Origin: Eledone cirrhosa
Taxonomy: Eukaryota
Direction: 5' to 3'
NCBI GenBank assembly: GCA_964016885.1
Contig: OZ024743.1
Coordinates: 53,506,001 to 53,570,000 of the forward strand
DNA: 64,000 nucleotides
Shown piece by piece: positions 27,608 to 40,744 of this stretch; position 1 is the first letter of the stretch, and each line of letters starts with the position of its first letter. The notes below the pieces were generated by a model that saw nothing but the letters and a program-made list of their open reading frames with translations, was not told the origin of the DNA and searched no databases. The position numbers and the translations under genes were made by a program.

Positions 27608-28164
27608 TAATCGGTTTTCCCTTTCCAACAAAAATTTCTGATCTTGTGCCTATGTTAGAAACTATTATTAAGTTGAAAGATAATTATTACACTAAACCTC
27701 TCATAAGTATTGATGACTTTGATAAATAAAAAAACGACAGTATACTTTTGTTAAATATATGATCATATAAGGGTTAAGTGTTACTTTGATAGATAAAAGA
27801 TTGTGTCTTAAATACTTAGCCTTGTCTTGTCACATGAAATGTTATAAAGCTAGGTTAACGTGTTTGATAAGCCAAGTAAAGTATATTTGTTAGGACGTAT
27901 CTTTCTTTAGCCATTTCAATATCAAACGACTTGAAACCGTTCCTTTTTATATGATGCTAACAGTGTCTCATTTAGGAGAAACGAGGTCCTGTGCTAGTTA
28001 AGTTATAAGGCTCCTTACTTGGGCCCTGAAGGAGGTAAAACATTTTTTTAGCAGGAAGATGGGCCTCCCTGGCCAAAAGAACCCTGTGCTTAAGCACACC
28101 TAAGCACAATGGTAAATCCGGCACTGGATGCAAAGCAGTATATTTTTTATTATTATATTTATCT

Positions 28165-28342
28165 AGGCAGTATCGGTGGAGAGTAAGACGCCATGCTTTC
28201 CAGCATAGTTACGTCCCTTTACGGTATGAGTTCACATCTCGCTGAGGTTAACTTTGCTTTTCATCCTTACGAGGTCGATAAAATAAAGTACCAGTAATGT
28301 ACTGGATAATTGTTGGCCTTGTGCCAAAAGTAGAAACAATTA
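28165..28342 (+). mobile_element. SINE family A
   Basis: Consensus match. Confidence 0.8.
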
Positions 28343-28774
28343 TATTTATCTGACAGCCTGCCATCATAATTTCATGCACGAACCCTTGTTATGTTATGTT
28401 ATATTTGAAACATAAGCTTACATTACCAAATACTACTAACTTTGTTTCTTTTATTATTTTCGAAATGATTTGAAAATGATAGGCAGTGTCTTTCATTAAA
28501 AATATGGTAACGGAAGTGTTAAAAATCAAACATTGAAATCATGTTCCTTTTATTTCTAACTATCCTTAAAATTGTATTGAAATATAGTCGTCAGAAGGTA
28601 AATAAACATATCAATGCTTGTCAACATAGAAACGGGACGTATCATCTGCTGTCGTCTGTAACAATCAAATGAAACTTATCATATAAAACATGGTTAACAT
28701 CATCGCAATATTTCCTCAGTAAACTTCCCATCCTCACAGCTTCATTGTCAAATTTTTGTGAGACTAGCAAAGTA

Positions 28775-29181
28775 CTTTCTGGTCCTAAATAATAAGGGGT
28801 GTGTGGAAAAGCGGGAGGGAAGGGGCTTAGAAAATCGGTAATTTTTCGAGGTTGTCTTGGTTGATTTAAAAAAAAAACAGAATTAGTTGTTTAGTTTACG
28901 TATTGAGACACGAATCCATTCTATTTATTTTATAACGTATGGGATTTCTTGTAATGAAGGTCTTTTGTCATGTATAATGTTTTTTAATGTCTAAAGAAAA
29001 TTAATTGTCGCAGGAATACTAATGCTACCACTTAAAATAAAATTTCGCCGGGGATAGAATAGCAAAATCTAATAAGTGAAGGTGGGGTGGGAGTAGGTGA
29101 TCCCGAGAGATTAATAAGTGGGGGGGCCCTAAAAGATTAATAAGCGAGGGTGGGGGCATACGATTAGTCGAAACCCAAGAG
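28775..29181 (-). mobile_element. TA-flanked MITE, same family as 27247, inverted
   Basis: Reverse-complement match of the internal segment (ttataacgtatgggatttc, aataaaatttcgccgg). Confidence 0.7.
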
Positions 29182-29616
29182 TGTGAGAAATGGTGTAATA
29201 TGAAATTTCATTTAGTATTTAATGATGTTATATTATCTTGCGTTCAAATACTGTCAAGGACGGCTTTGTCATTCAACACAGTGGCATCGATTTAATAAAT
29301 ACTAGTCAAGTACTAATGTACCACCGATTTTGTAAGTATTAGTCAAGTAATAAAGTTGATTTAATCGATTATACTCTTCCCTTAATTTTGTCAACCGAGT
29401 TTTCAACCCAGTGGTAGAAATTATATATGTAGTAATCATGTACTAAGTTAGATTTAATCCACTGGGCTCACCCTAAAAATATGTGACCTTGTACCAACGT
29501 TAAAAATTATTATTACTATGATTAATACAAGAGAGGAGTAAATCATGTGACGTCAATCGTCTTTGTTATTAATATTATTGATGTATTACTGCCACAACTG
29601 CTAGTTAATGGCTGCT

Positions 29617-29680
<64 letters not shown>

Positions 29681-29982
29681 ACACACACACACATATATAT
29701 ATATATTTATTAAAATAACAGATTAAAGTTTATGCATATATATATATGTATATACAAAAAAAGTTTCAAGCACAGGAATCGCTTGATATGTTTTGTGATG
29801 CAAGGTATTGCTGACCATAGGCAAGTCCCAAGCAAGACTAAAAAGCCACGGCCGTGATATACATGCTTAAATATGAAGCGATGGCATTACTCGAAATCGA
29901 GTTGCAGCCATCAACATGCATATATATATATATAATGTGTGTGAGAGTGTGTGTGTACGTGTAAATAAATAAATATATATAT

Positions 29983-30018
<36 letters not shown>

Positions 30019-30033
30019 ACATATATATATATA

Positions 30034-30220
30034 GGAAAAGAGTCAAGACCCCGACGGCAGAGCTCAAGCCGTTTCGATGGCTGCAGAAATAACCGTCGAA
30101 ACGGCTTGAGCTCTACTGTCGGGGTCCTGACTCTTTTCCTATTACCCACTCTACTACACTAAGTATTGAGTACTCTGGCACGTTATAGTCCACCTGGTTC
30201 TTTACCACACTTCCTTCGTT
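30034..30220 (+). mobile_element. Fold-back PLE-tail element (family P)
   Basis: Palindromic arms ggaaaagagtca.gacccc / ggggtc.tgactcttttcc, plus conserved tail, flanked by (TA)n. Confidence 0.8.
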
Positions 30221-30235
30221 ATATATATATATATG

Positions 30236-30812
30236 GTAAATTTCTTTAAGTCGTTTGGAAGCCTCGACAATGCAGATGGGTAAATCTCCGGGTAACAAGA
30301 TCCGGTGGTGGAGAGAGAGATGTAAGTGGGTGTACGTTGAGATGCGTGGCGTGTATAAGACTGTAACGTGTAGAGGAATGAAGGAAAGAGCGTAAAGGAT
30401 AAAAATAAAAATAACAACACGAGAGAGAGTTACGTTGGGAGAGATTTAATTGTCCCTATATATTTCGGATTCACATCCATCAACTGGGGTTTTTTCCGGG
30501 GGGGGGGGGGGGGGGGGGGGGTTGTCTATCGGAAAGGTGCGAAACGTGTCCTCCGCTGTTCGTTCCAGTTGATGGATGTGAATCCGAAATATATAGGGAC
30601 AATTAAATCTCTCCCAAGGTAACTCTCGCTCGTGTTGTTATTTTTATTTTTATCCTTTACGCTCTTTCCTTCATTCCTCTACACGTCTTATACAAGCCAC
30701 GCATCTCAACGTACACCCACTTACATCTCTCTCTCCACCACCGGATCTTGTTACCCGGAGATTTACCCATCTGCATTGTCGAGGCTTCCAAACGACTTAA
30801 AGAAACTTACCT
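30236..30812. repeat. ~250-bp inverted repeat (30236-30487 / 30565-30812) with poly-G in the spacer; probable PLE tail plus inverted copy
   Basis: Near-identical arms (the ORF track gives the same peptide on both strands). Flanked by (TA)n. Confidence 0.85.
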
Positions 30813-30949
30813 TATTATTCCACAATGCTTCAAGCAAACTTCAATACTCTCTTATATATATATGTAAAAGGTAAACAGAAATAACAACACAATCGGTACA
30901 GTATATGGAAGGGATATATTAGGTTAACGCTTGATATAGCAGGAAGAGG

Positions 30950-30986
30950 GCCATAACGTTTCGGACGCTAGTCCTTCATCAGAAAA
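30950..30986 (-). ncRNA. PLE hammerhead (core intact, stem I mutated)
   Basis: Minus strand: ttttt CTGATGA a ggac-tagc-gtcc GAAAC GTT^ atgg. Decayed copies at ~36513-36548, ~39361-39395 and a fragment at 34668-34688. Confidence 0.6.
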
Positions 30987-31479
30987 AAGAATGAGAAATA
31001 AGATATATTGAGGGGACGGGTGGGAGGGAATTGGAAAAAATGTCTTTAGATAAAAATAACAGGTCCATTCATGTTGACATCTCTTGGAAAACTGTTGGTG
31101 CTGGCGTTTTGTGTATGATTTATTTTTTAGAAAAGTGGATGATGGAGCGCGTCTACCTGAAATGGAAAAAAGCCCGTTTTGTAAAAAGAGCTATACTTGT
31201 GCACGTGCGTAAGCATGTGTGTATGTGTTATTATAAGTTCGTACGAAGCTTAGAAGAAAAGTGTGTGTATATGTGAGTAAAAGAGTGTGTGTGCATGTAA
31301 GTACGAAGCTATGAGCAAAAGTATGTTAATATAAGGGTGTGTATGTGTGTGTACAGAGCAGTGAAGGGAAAAGTGGAGTGAGCATGTATAGTCGGCCTGT
31401 ATTAGTTGTAAGAGAAGCTATGCTGCTAATGATCAAGAGAAAGCGATAGGAATGTAGGGGTGTGATAATGGACGGGGTA

Positions 31480-34269
31480 TTAGAGAAATTGGGGAGGTGA
31501 GTTGAGTCCAAGAGGGGAATGGGACCTAAGGCGGTGAATCAGACTTTGTTCAGTCCTGGTGCGCGAGGTCTGTGATTCATGATGTAAAAGGATACCCAGG
31601 ACTGAAACATGTAGGGAAGAATGACCAGGAGAACAGAAATGACGGGCGACAGGAGTATCCAAACCGAGTCGTATGTCCCTCAAATGTTCTTCAAAACGGT
31701 CCGCCATACGGCGTCCCATTTGTCCGATATATAAAGAGCCGCAAAGGGAACACCGGAGGGCATAGACAACGTGAGTGGATGTGCAGGTGAAGGAATAGCG
31801 GATACGGAAATACCCGTATGAGTAGTGAGGGTGGAAATAAAGGGACAAGTGTTGCAGCGGGAACGGGAAGAAGGATGAGAGCCGGGTGGAGTCGTGGAAG
31901 AGGACGAAAAAGAACTGCGAACCAGGAGGTCGCGGAGATTGCGGGCGCGCTTAAAAGCAGTAATGGGTGGGTTTGGAAAAAAGTGAGATGTGACGGGGTC
32001 AGAAGAGAGGAGACAGAAGTAATGGAGGATATGTCGCCGGGGTGGTAGGGTGATGGGGTGGTAGGTGAGAGGGAATGGAACACGGGTGTTGGGAGAGCGG
32101 GGGTGGAGTAAGAGGGCTGTGGTGCGGTCTGTTTCACGGACACGAGTGAAAGCAGCTTGGATGAGGGTGGGGGGATATCCACGCTGGATGAAGAAGGAAG
32201 CCATGCGAAGGGAATGGGTTTCGAAATCGTCGTCCTCGCTTCAGAGTCGACGAAGACGGAGGAATTGGGAATAGGGTATGGAGTGTTTGGTGTGGGTTGG
32301 ATGGGAGGAGATGTAGTCGAGGTAAGATTGGGAGTCTGTTGGTTTAATGAAGATGGAAGTAGAGAGGGTGTGGTGAGAGTGATTAATAGATTGAGAGATA
32401 TCTAGAAAAGCGACAGAAGAATCGGAGACGGAGGCGGTGAAATTGAGATCAGGATGGAAAGATTGGACAAAAGAAAGAAAACAGTCGAGCTGTTCTCGTG
32501 ATAGAGAGGTGGCGCGGATACAGTCGTCGATATAACGAGCGTATAGCTCAGGAGTCGGTCCGGCGTACTGCGAGAAATCTGGGCTTCGACGTAGCCAACA
32601 AACAAGTTGTCATAGTTTGGACCCATTCTGGTTCCCATCGCTACCCCAGAGACCTGTTGATAAAATTCACCCGAAAAAGAAACTCCATTGAGGCTGAGAA
32701 CAAGCTCAGCCAGACGGAGAAGAGTGGTAGCGCTGGGGTAAGGGGTAGGGCGTAAATCTGAAAATTGTTAGAGAGCGCGGAGGCCGTCATCATGAGGGAT
32801 AACGGTATAGAGAGAGGTGATGTCCAGGGTAAAGAGAAGGCGGGAGAGAAGAAGAAAGAGTTGAAGAGTCTAAGGGCATGATTTGTATCGTGGATGTAGG
32901 AGGGGAGATTGCCGACCAACGGGGCGAGGATGGTGTCTAAATATTCAGAAATGATCTCGGTGGTGCAGTTGCATGCAGAAACGATAGAACGGCCAGGATT
33001 ATTTTGTTTGTGTATTTTGGGGAGGAAGTAGATGGTGGGTGTGCGAGGGGTACGTACAATAAGGTTGGTGGCTGTGGGGGGTAGGAGAGAGGAGGAGATG
33101 AGCTCGTGGATGGTGGAGGACACGAGTTGCTGGTCGCCAGGAGTGGGGTCGGAGGATAAAGGGCGGTAAAAAGGGGTATTGTGAAACTGGCGGAGAGCCT
33201 CAGTCCTATAGAGGTCAGCGCTCCAAACTATCACAGCGCCACCTTTGTCAGTGGGTTTGATGACAATGTCATCGCGACGCCGAAGGTTGCGAAGAGCGGA
33301 GAGCTCAGTCCATGTGATGTTTGAGCGACGAGAATGCTGGTGGAAACGGAACCGATTCACAGTACGCCGGCAAGTATCGACAAAGGAATCGAGGGTGCTG
33401 AACTGGCCAGTTGCTCGGCGTCCAATTTGATTGCCGGCGACTGAGACGAGTGAAGTCATCCGTCTGTGTCGATGATGGGGAGTCGTGAAAAAAAGCTTTC
33501 AGCTTTAACCGACGGAAGAACCCTTCAATCTCGGCACGTGTGCAGAACTCGTCGCAGGTTGATGTGGTTGGTATAAAACGCAAACCACGGGCGAGGAGGG
33601 AGCGCTCAGCTTCGGAGAGTGGTAGGTCCTGGGGTATGGTGGCTACAGTGCAGGGACGTGTGGGAGTAAAACAGGCGGAGGCGGAGGGGTCAAGGTGTTT
33701 GGGCAAAGCGTGTGCAGATTCAGTGGTTTGGAGAGGAAAGGGGGTGGTAGGTGACGGGATAGAGGGGTTAGGGCTGGGGTGATATGAGTATAGGTGGTGA
33801 CGGCAGGCGGGGAGCGGAGAGAGTCGAGTTTGTGTTTTTTTACGGAAGTGAGGAAATCGAAAAGGAGGCGATTGAGGTAAAGGATGAATTGGATAAGGGA
33901 TTGGGCGAGGAAAGGGTGGCAAGTGGAGGAGAGATGGAGGTACGCCTTGGGGAGATCTTTGTCGAGAGAACGGATTTGGGCGAGAGTTGATCGAATGGTC
34001 GCCCACATGAGCTGACGAGAGGGGCGGGTAAGGATGTGCTCAGTGGTGGGAGCAGAGTAAGAGGTGGGGTGAAACTTGAGGCGGAAACCGCGGGGAATGA
34101 GGTGGTGGTGGTGGAGACATCGACTTAAAAATGTGATGTGACTGTTGTATCGTGTTTTGGTGAAGATGAGGCTGGAGAGATGCAGGGAGGATTCGATAGG
34201 GGTGAGCGGTTGGGGGAAGCGCTTGAGAGTAGAATGGAGCTGGCGGGGAAAAGATTTGAGATTGGGCAT
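31480..34269 (-). pseudogene. PLE RT/GIY-YIG polyprotein, broken into several frames
   Basis: ORF pieces 33643-34269, 33305-34006, 32641-33459, 32402-32638, 31680-32204 and 31480-31848 join into one PLE protein. Confidence 0.88.
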
Positions 34270-34582
34270 ATTGGATGTACTAGGGTGGGAGTGAAAAATA
34301 GACGGGTGAGAAGAAGAAGGTGGTGTAAGAAGATTGTAGTAGAGGAAAAGTGGTAGAGAGTCGTGGAATATTTAAATGCAAGAAGCAAAAAAAAATTTCA
34401 AAGATACGAAAGATTTCCTGGTGGAAGTTCAGGTGTACTCCGGGCTGGTATCCAGTTTCGAGGTGAAAATCCAATCATAAAATCAAACGAATTTTGAGAG
34501 GTCCACGTAAGCGTTGATATATATATATATATATAAAAGGTAAACAAAAATAACAACACAATCGGTACAGTATATGGAAGGG

Positions 34583-34669
<87 letters not shown>

Positions 34670-35529
34670 GACTAGCGTCCGAAACGTTGTAATGTGTCGC
34701 TCTCTGGTACTCTCTTTCCTTTTTTCATGTTTTTGGCTTTTACAGATATAACTTATTTCGTGAGACTGCGCCATGCTGTGCTATGGACCTTTAACTTCCG
34801 ATGGAATCATAAATGTGTCATCGTGTTACATACACCGTATTCTGGGCATTTAAGTCTAGCGGAGCCCATCCCTCTTTAGGTCTAAACTTAGCCTTTCTCT
34901 CTCTCTCTCAACTACATTTGGGGAAGGTCATGTTGTTCTAATATTGCCAAAAAATAGTAAAATACACGACCATTTTTTGGCAATACCAGGACCTCACGAA
35001 CCTCCCCAAATATAACAATATCTGTTTCAACACACGATTTCATATCAAGAACCTTTCAAAACAAATACATCGCCGTAAACAGATTTCTTTACCTTTTCGG
35101 AATTAAGATAGTCAGACATGTGTTTGGTAAATATTTATATTATGTTGTTTAATAGATTCTGAAGAGTTCAATACACAAAGGAATTTCTGTTGAATCCTGG
35201 TTATTTTTATTTATTTGCATATATGCTCTGTGATATTTTACTGTGATTGTAAATTTACCGATTGGATTAAACTCTGAACTGTATTTTACCTATCTTGCTG
35301 TGAACTATAAAATCACATTTGAGCTTTGAATAGTTCTTTGCTTTTATAATGTTGTATTATCAGCTCATCTAAACTACTAAATATATAGGATAGGAAAGAG
35401 TACTCTGGTGCGTTATGGTCCATCAGGTTCCTTACAACACTTCCTTCGTTATATATATATATATATATATTCAAAATAGGAGGTGCACAGGACAGAAACA
35501 ATGGAGAAAACAAAAACAAAGGAAAGACA

Positions 35530-35713
35530 GATAATTGTTTCTACTTTAGGCACAAGGCCAGCAATTACCCAGTGCATTACTGGTACTTTATTTTATCGAC
35601 CCCGTAAGGATGAAAGGCAAAGTCAACCTCGGCGGGATTTGAACTCAGATCGTAAAGGGACGTAACTATGCTGGAAAGCATGGCTTCCGACTCTCTACCG
35701 ATACTGCCAATCC
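35530..35713 (-). mobile_element. SINE family A
   Basis: Reverse-complement consensus match. Confidence 0.85.
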
Positions 35714-36273
35714 AGACAGATAATGCCATCTCCTCAGTCAACCATGGAAATCATTACGGTTTCGGTTAATTTAGGTTGATACTATTTATTCCAGTGCACA
35801 TTGGGACATACCAAAACAGCCCATGCCTTTAAGCGAATTACACAAACAGAGATAAAAAAAAGTAGCCCCGGTGCGTCAACTGACAAAGACGAGAGAAAAC
35901 GATGTGAGAGAGCTTAACCAAAGGAGAAACATATATAGAAAAGAGATATATAGTACAACAGAAACGACTGATATGGACTGTAGTCCAACGTACAAAGAGA
36001 AATGACACCCAGAAAAGGTAAGAAAGGAGAATAGAGGAAAACAGACTGAGCGATGTGATGTCTATTATACGATAGTTTAAAAAAAGCCCGCATGACTAAG
36101 AAGACTTTAGAATATGAATTCAAATATATATATATATATATATCCGATAGGGTGTGGTAAAAACCAGGTAGACCATAACCCACCAGAGTACTTGATACTA
36201 TGGGTAGTAGAGTGGGTAATATGAAAAGATTCAGGACCCCGACGACTGAGCTCTGGCTGTTTCGACATTCATA

Positions 36274-36387
<114 letters not shown>

Positions 36388-36429
36388 GTATGTATGTGTG
36401 TATGTATGTATGTATGCATGTATGTATGT

Positions 36430-36592
36430 GTAAAAGGTAAACAGAAATAACAGCACAATCGGTACAGTATATGGAAGGAATATATTAGGTCAACGCTTGA
36501 AATAGCAGGAAGATCTTAATGTTTCGGACGCTAGTCCTTTATCAGAAGAAGGAATGAGAAATTAGAAAGATTGAAGGGACGGGCGGGGTGGA
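36430..36592 (-). mobile_element. Solo 3' terminal repeat of the Neptune-type PLE
   Basis: Matches 30865-31025; the hammerhead core is mutated (ctgataa). Confidence 0.8.
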
Positions 36593-36593
36593 A

Positions 36594-36667
<74 letters not shown>

Positions 36668-36715
36668 ACATATGTATATATATATGTGTGTGTGTGTGTG
36701 TGCGTGTGTGTATAA

Positions 36716-36804
<89 letters not shown>

Positions 36805-37729
36805 TGACAAATAGTTATAGAAGGAGAACCAATACAGTATTGAACTGGTATTTTATTTATCGACATGTTGACCTGAACCTGATTTGAACTCAGAACAGCC
36901 GGAACAAATACCGCAGAAGATTCTGTCAGACGTTCTAACGAATCTACCCGAGAGTTTACCTGCTGATAAATCACCTTTAACTTTACTATCTGTTTAATGA
37001 AGAGGGTCATTATGAGTTCTAAAGGTCAGCTCGACATATTAATTGTTTCTTCAACAAGAAGTTAAAAGCCGTGTTCTAAATTCAACCCTACTTAACCTCG
37101 GCATGACAGAGTTCAACCATTAGATCAAGGAAGAATGTTATAAAGCCAGGTAAAGGTTCATGATAAGCCAAGTAAAATCTATTAGATGGAACGAATCTTT
37201 CTTAAAAAATCAAACGTTGAAACGATGTTACTTTAATTTTTAAATATCCTTAAAATTGTATTGAAATATAGTCGTCAGAAGGTAAGTAAACATATCAATG
37301 TCTGTCAACCTAGAAACGGGACGTATCATCTGCTGTCGTCTGCATCAGTCAAACAAACTTATTCCATAAATCATGGCTACGACAATCAGTACCTTTTCCC
37401 ACGATACGAAAACTTTGAGTACACTTTACATTTTCACTGTTTCACGGTTTATTTTTCTTACCCAGTGCAATTGTCGTGTAAAAATCATAATATACATTGA
37501 AATATATATTATTTTTTATTTAAAAATCATAGTATATATTGTAGAAACGTTGGTGGTGTGTGAAGGATAGATAAATGGTCGATTAAATCATTTGTAGTAA
37601 GAAGTAATATCAGTTTACGTTCAATTCGTACCTTGCCAGGGGTCGACTTTGCTTTTTATCGTTCTTGACTGAGCTGCAAAAATGTTAACCTTATATTTCT
37701 TCGGAGAAAAAAAGAAACTCTTTCACTTT

Positions 37730-38414
<685 letters not shown>

Positions 38415-38415
<1 letters not shown>

Positions 38416-39205
38416 TAGCTGTGGTACCCGGTAATACCCGGGAGCGGGGGTATTCCCAGTCCCATTAAAATGCCCAATGCCTCTCAAACCAAAACTGAAA
38501 TCAAAATATAGGACAGATAATTAAAAGCGAAGACAAATCCATTGACGAAACAATAATACAAACAAATATTGTTGTTTGCATTCGTCAGGCGAAAAAAATG
38601 TTTGTCAGAGAAGTTGAGTATTGCTATAAGGAAAAAAATAGAACCCCCATTAGGGTGTCTTAATATTATTGAAATTTGCTGAAATTTTGTGAATAGGCAT
38701 CATATCTTGTCATTTATCTATGGTTTAAATTTCATATAAATCGAAGGGAAAACATTTTCAACGGGGGTTTTCAGCGGGGATTTTGTGCCCCCGGAGAACC
38801 CTTTGATTAAAGTGAAATATACTTATCCAAGTACCCTGGGCAATGTAGTTTCAGAATATATATGGTTATGGGGGTCTATCTCCAAATCCATAGGAAGGGT
38901 TTGTGAAATCTTGTTCCATTTATTGGCCAACATTTTCACTATAGGGGATTTAACTCCCATTAGGGTATCTTAATATTATTGAAATTTGCTGAAATTTTGT
39001 GAATAGGCGACATATCTTGTCATTTACCTATGGTTTAAATTTCATATACATCGAAGAAAAAAAATTTTCAGCGGGGAACCCTTTGATTAAAATGAAATAT
39101 ACGTAAGAAATCAAATGGGCCTCACACACGTGTCAAGTTTCATCAAGATCGATTTGGTAGTTTTTGAGTTTTAGGTTCACAAACAAACAGACAGAAATTG
39201 CCATT

Positions 39206-39215
<10 letters not shown>
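38415..39215 (-). mobile_element. Non-autonomous Helitron-like element
   Basis: Minus-strand 3' end cccgggtattaccgggtaccacagCTAG|T. The 5' end has ataaatggcaatttctgtctgtttgtttgt. Internal duplication at ~38645-38830 / 38955-39100. Confidence 0.7.
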
Positions 39216-39293
<78 letters not shown>

Positions 39294-39399
39294 AAGTCAA
39301 CAAGGAAAAGTAATACAGTGATGATATAGTAGTTTAGCGCTTGATATAGTAGGAAAATAGTCTTAACGTTTTGGACACTAGTCCTCCATCAGAAGGTAG

Positions 39400-39453
<54 letters not shown>

Positions 39454-40744
39454 AGAAATAGGAAGATAGGCGAGAGCAAGAAAAGAAAGAAAGCGGGAAA
39501 ACGTTTTATGGGAGTGGAAGCTTTCTGTGTGGTTAATCAGACTTTTTGAAAAGATATATACTTTCTTGGAAGAAGGACAATTGTCTAAAGCGCTGGACTT
39601 TTTACTCCTATGGCATTTTCATACACCTGTACGACTTTAGAATTATTAGGAGGCACAGAATTTCTTTTTCCCATTGGATTCCTATATTTTCGGTGCTAAA
39701 TATTTTATTGACGAGTCTCATGGTTTTCAGTGGTGAGTTTGAAACCATGTGGACAAATATATTCTGGAGCAGTAAGCAGACTTTCGTCCTAAGTTCTCTT
39801 TTCGTGTCCCATCACGTGTTTACAAATATTTCTTCCAAAATGGTATTGTAATTCCTACATTCAAATACTGTTGTCCTCTTTTGCTAATCAAGCAAAAGCG
39901 CCAAAATGTTTACGTGGTCTAGTAGTTAGTGTATTAAACTTATGATCGTAAGGTCAATAGTTCGATTCTTGGACCGTGTGGTGCATTGTGTTCTTGAACA
40001 AAACCCTATTTCACACTCTTCTGCCAGAAATATCACCCACCCTCCATACACAGACACAAAAGAAAAGATCAGTGGAAACATTGTTTCCTTTGTCCGATCT
40101 GATGATCGGTACCTTTCTTATTTTTCTGTGTGTGTGTGTGTGGGGGGGGGCTATAACAAGAGAAAGGTCACGGTGTGACTTTCATACTTTTCTTAATGGT
40201 TTGTGAGGTTTGTGAGTTTAAACAGCAACCACCGAATAGTAAAACCAAGTTAAAAACATTACTGTCCTTCTAATCAAGAGAGACATTATCTCTTGTAAGG
40301 GCCAGCCCGTTATCTTAAGTATTTCTTCAACAAGAAGATAAAAGCCGTGTTTAAAACACGGCTCCACTTAGCCTAGGCATGACAGTATTTCAACTGTTAG
40401 ATCAAGACACAATTTAATATCATAAAGCCAGGTTATCATTTATGATAAGCCAAGTAAAATATATTTGTCGGGACGTATCTTTCCTTAGAAATCAAACGTT
40501 GACATCAAGTTACTTTCATTTTCAATTGTCCTTAAAATTGTAATGAAGTGTAGTCGTCAGAAGGTAAGTAAATATATCAGTACCTGTCAACCTAAAAACG
40601 GGATGTATCATCTGGTGTCGTCTGCATCAGTCAAACATGTTCATAACATAAGAGACGATTGAGACAATCCGTAGCTTTTCCCACGACACTCAAGGTTATG
40701 AGGAAATTTCCCTTTCTCACTATTGTTATTTTTTTAGACAGCAA

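Larger units (their letters stand above)
30865..34590 (-). mobile_element. Near full-length Penelope-like retroelement (Neptune-type), frameshifted
   Basis: RT motifs IKPTDKGGAVIVW, YFLPKIHK, AMGTRMGPNY, RYIDD, SIPYSQFLRLRR. Linker RCNTC. GIY-YIG VVYALRCSLCGSLYIGQ...R..EH...VARHF...E...I..L....P.GLN. Terminal repeat with hammerhead at ~30950-30985 and a partial direct repeat at the 5' end. Confidence 0.92.

Noticed and set aside
35093-35119. Minus-strand ATG...MSDYLNSEK followed by GT, as a possible first coding exon
   Set aside because: Only 9 codons, a weak donor (gtaaag) and no downstream exon found.
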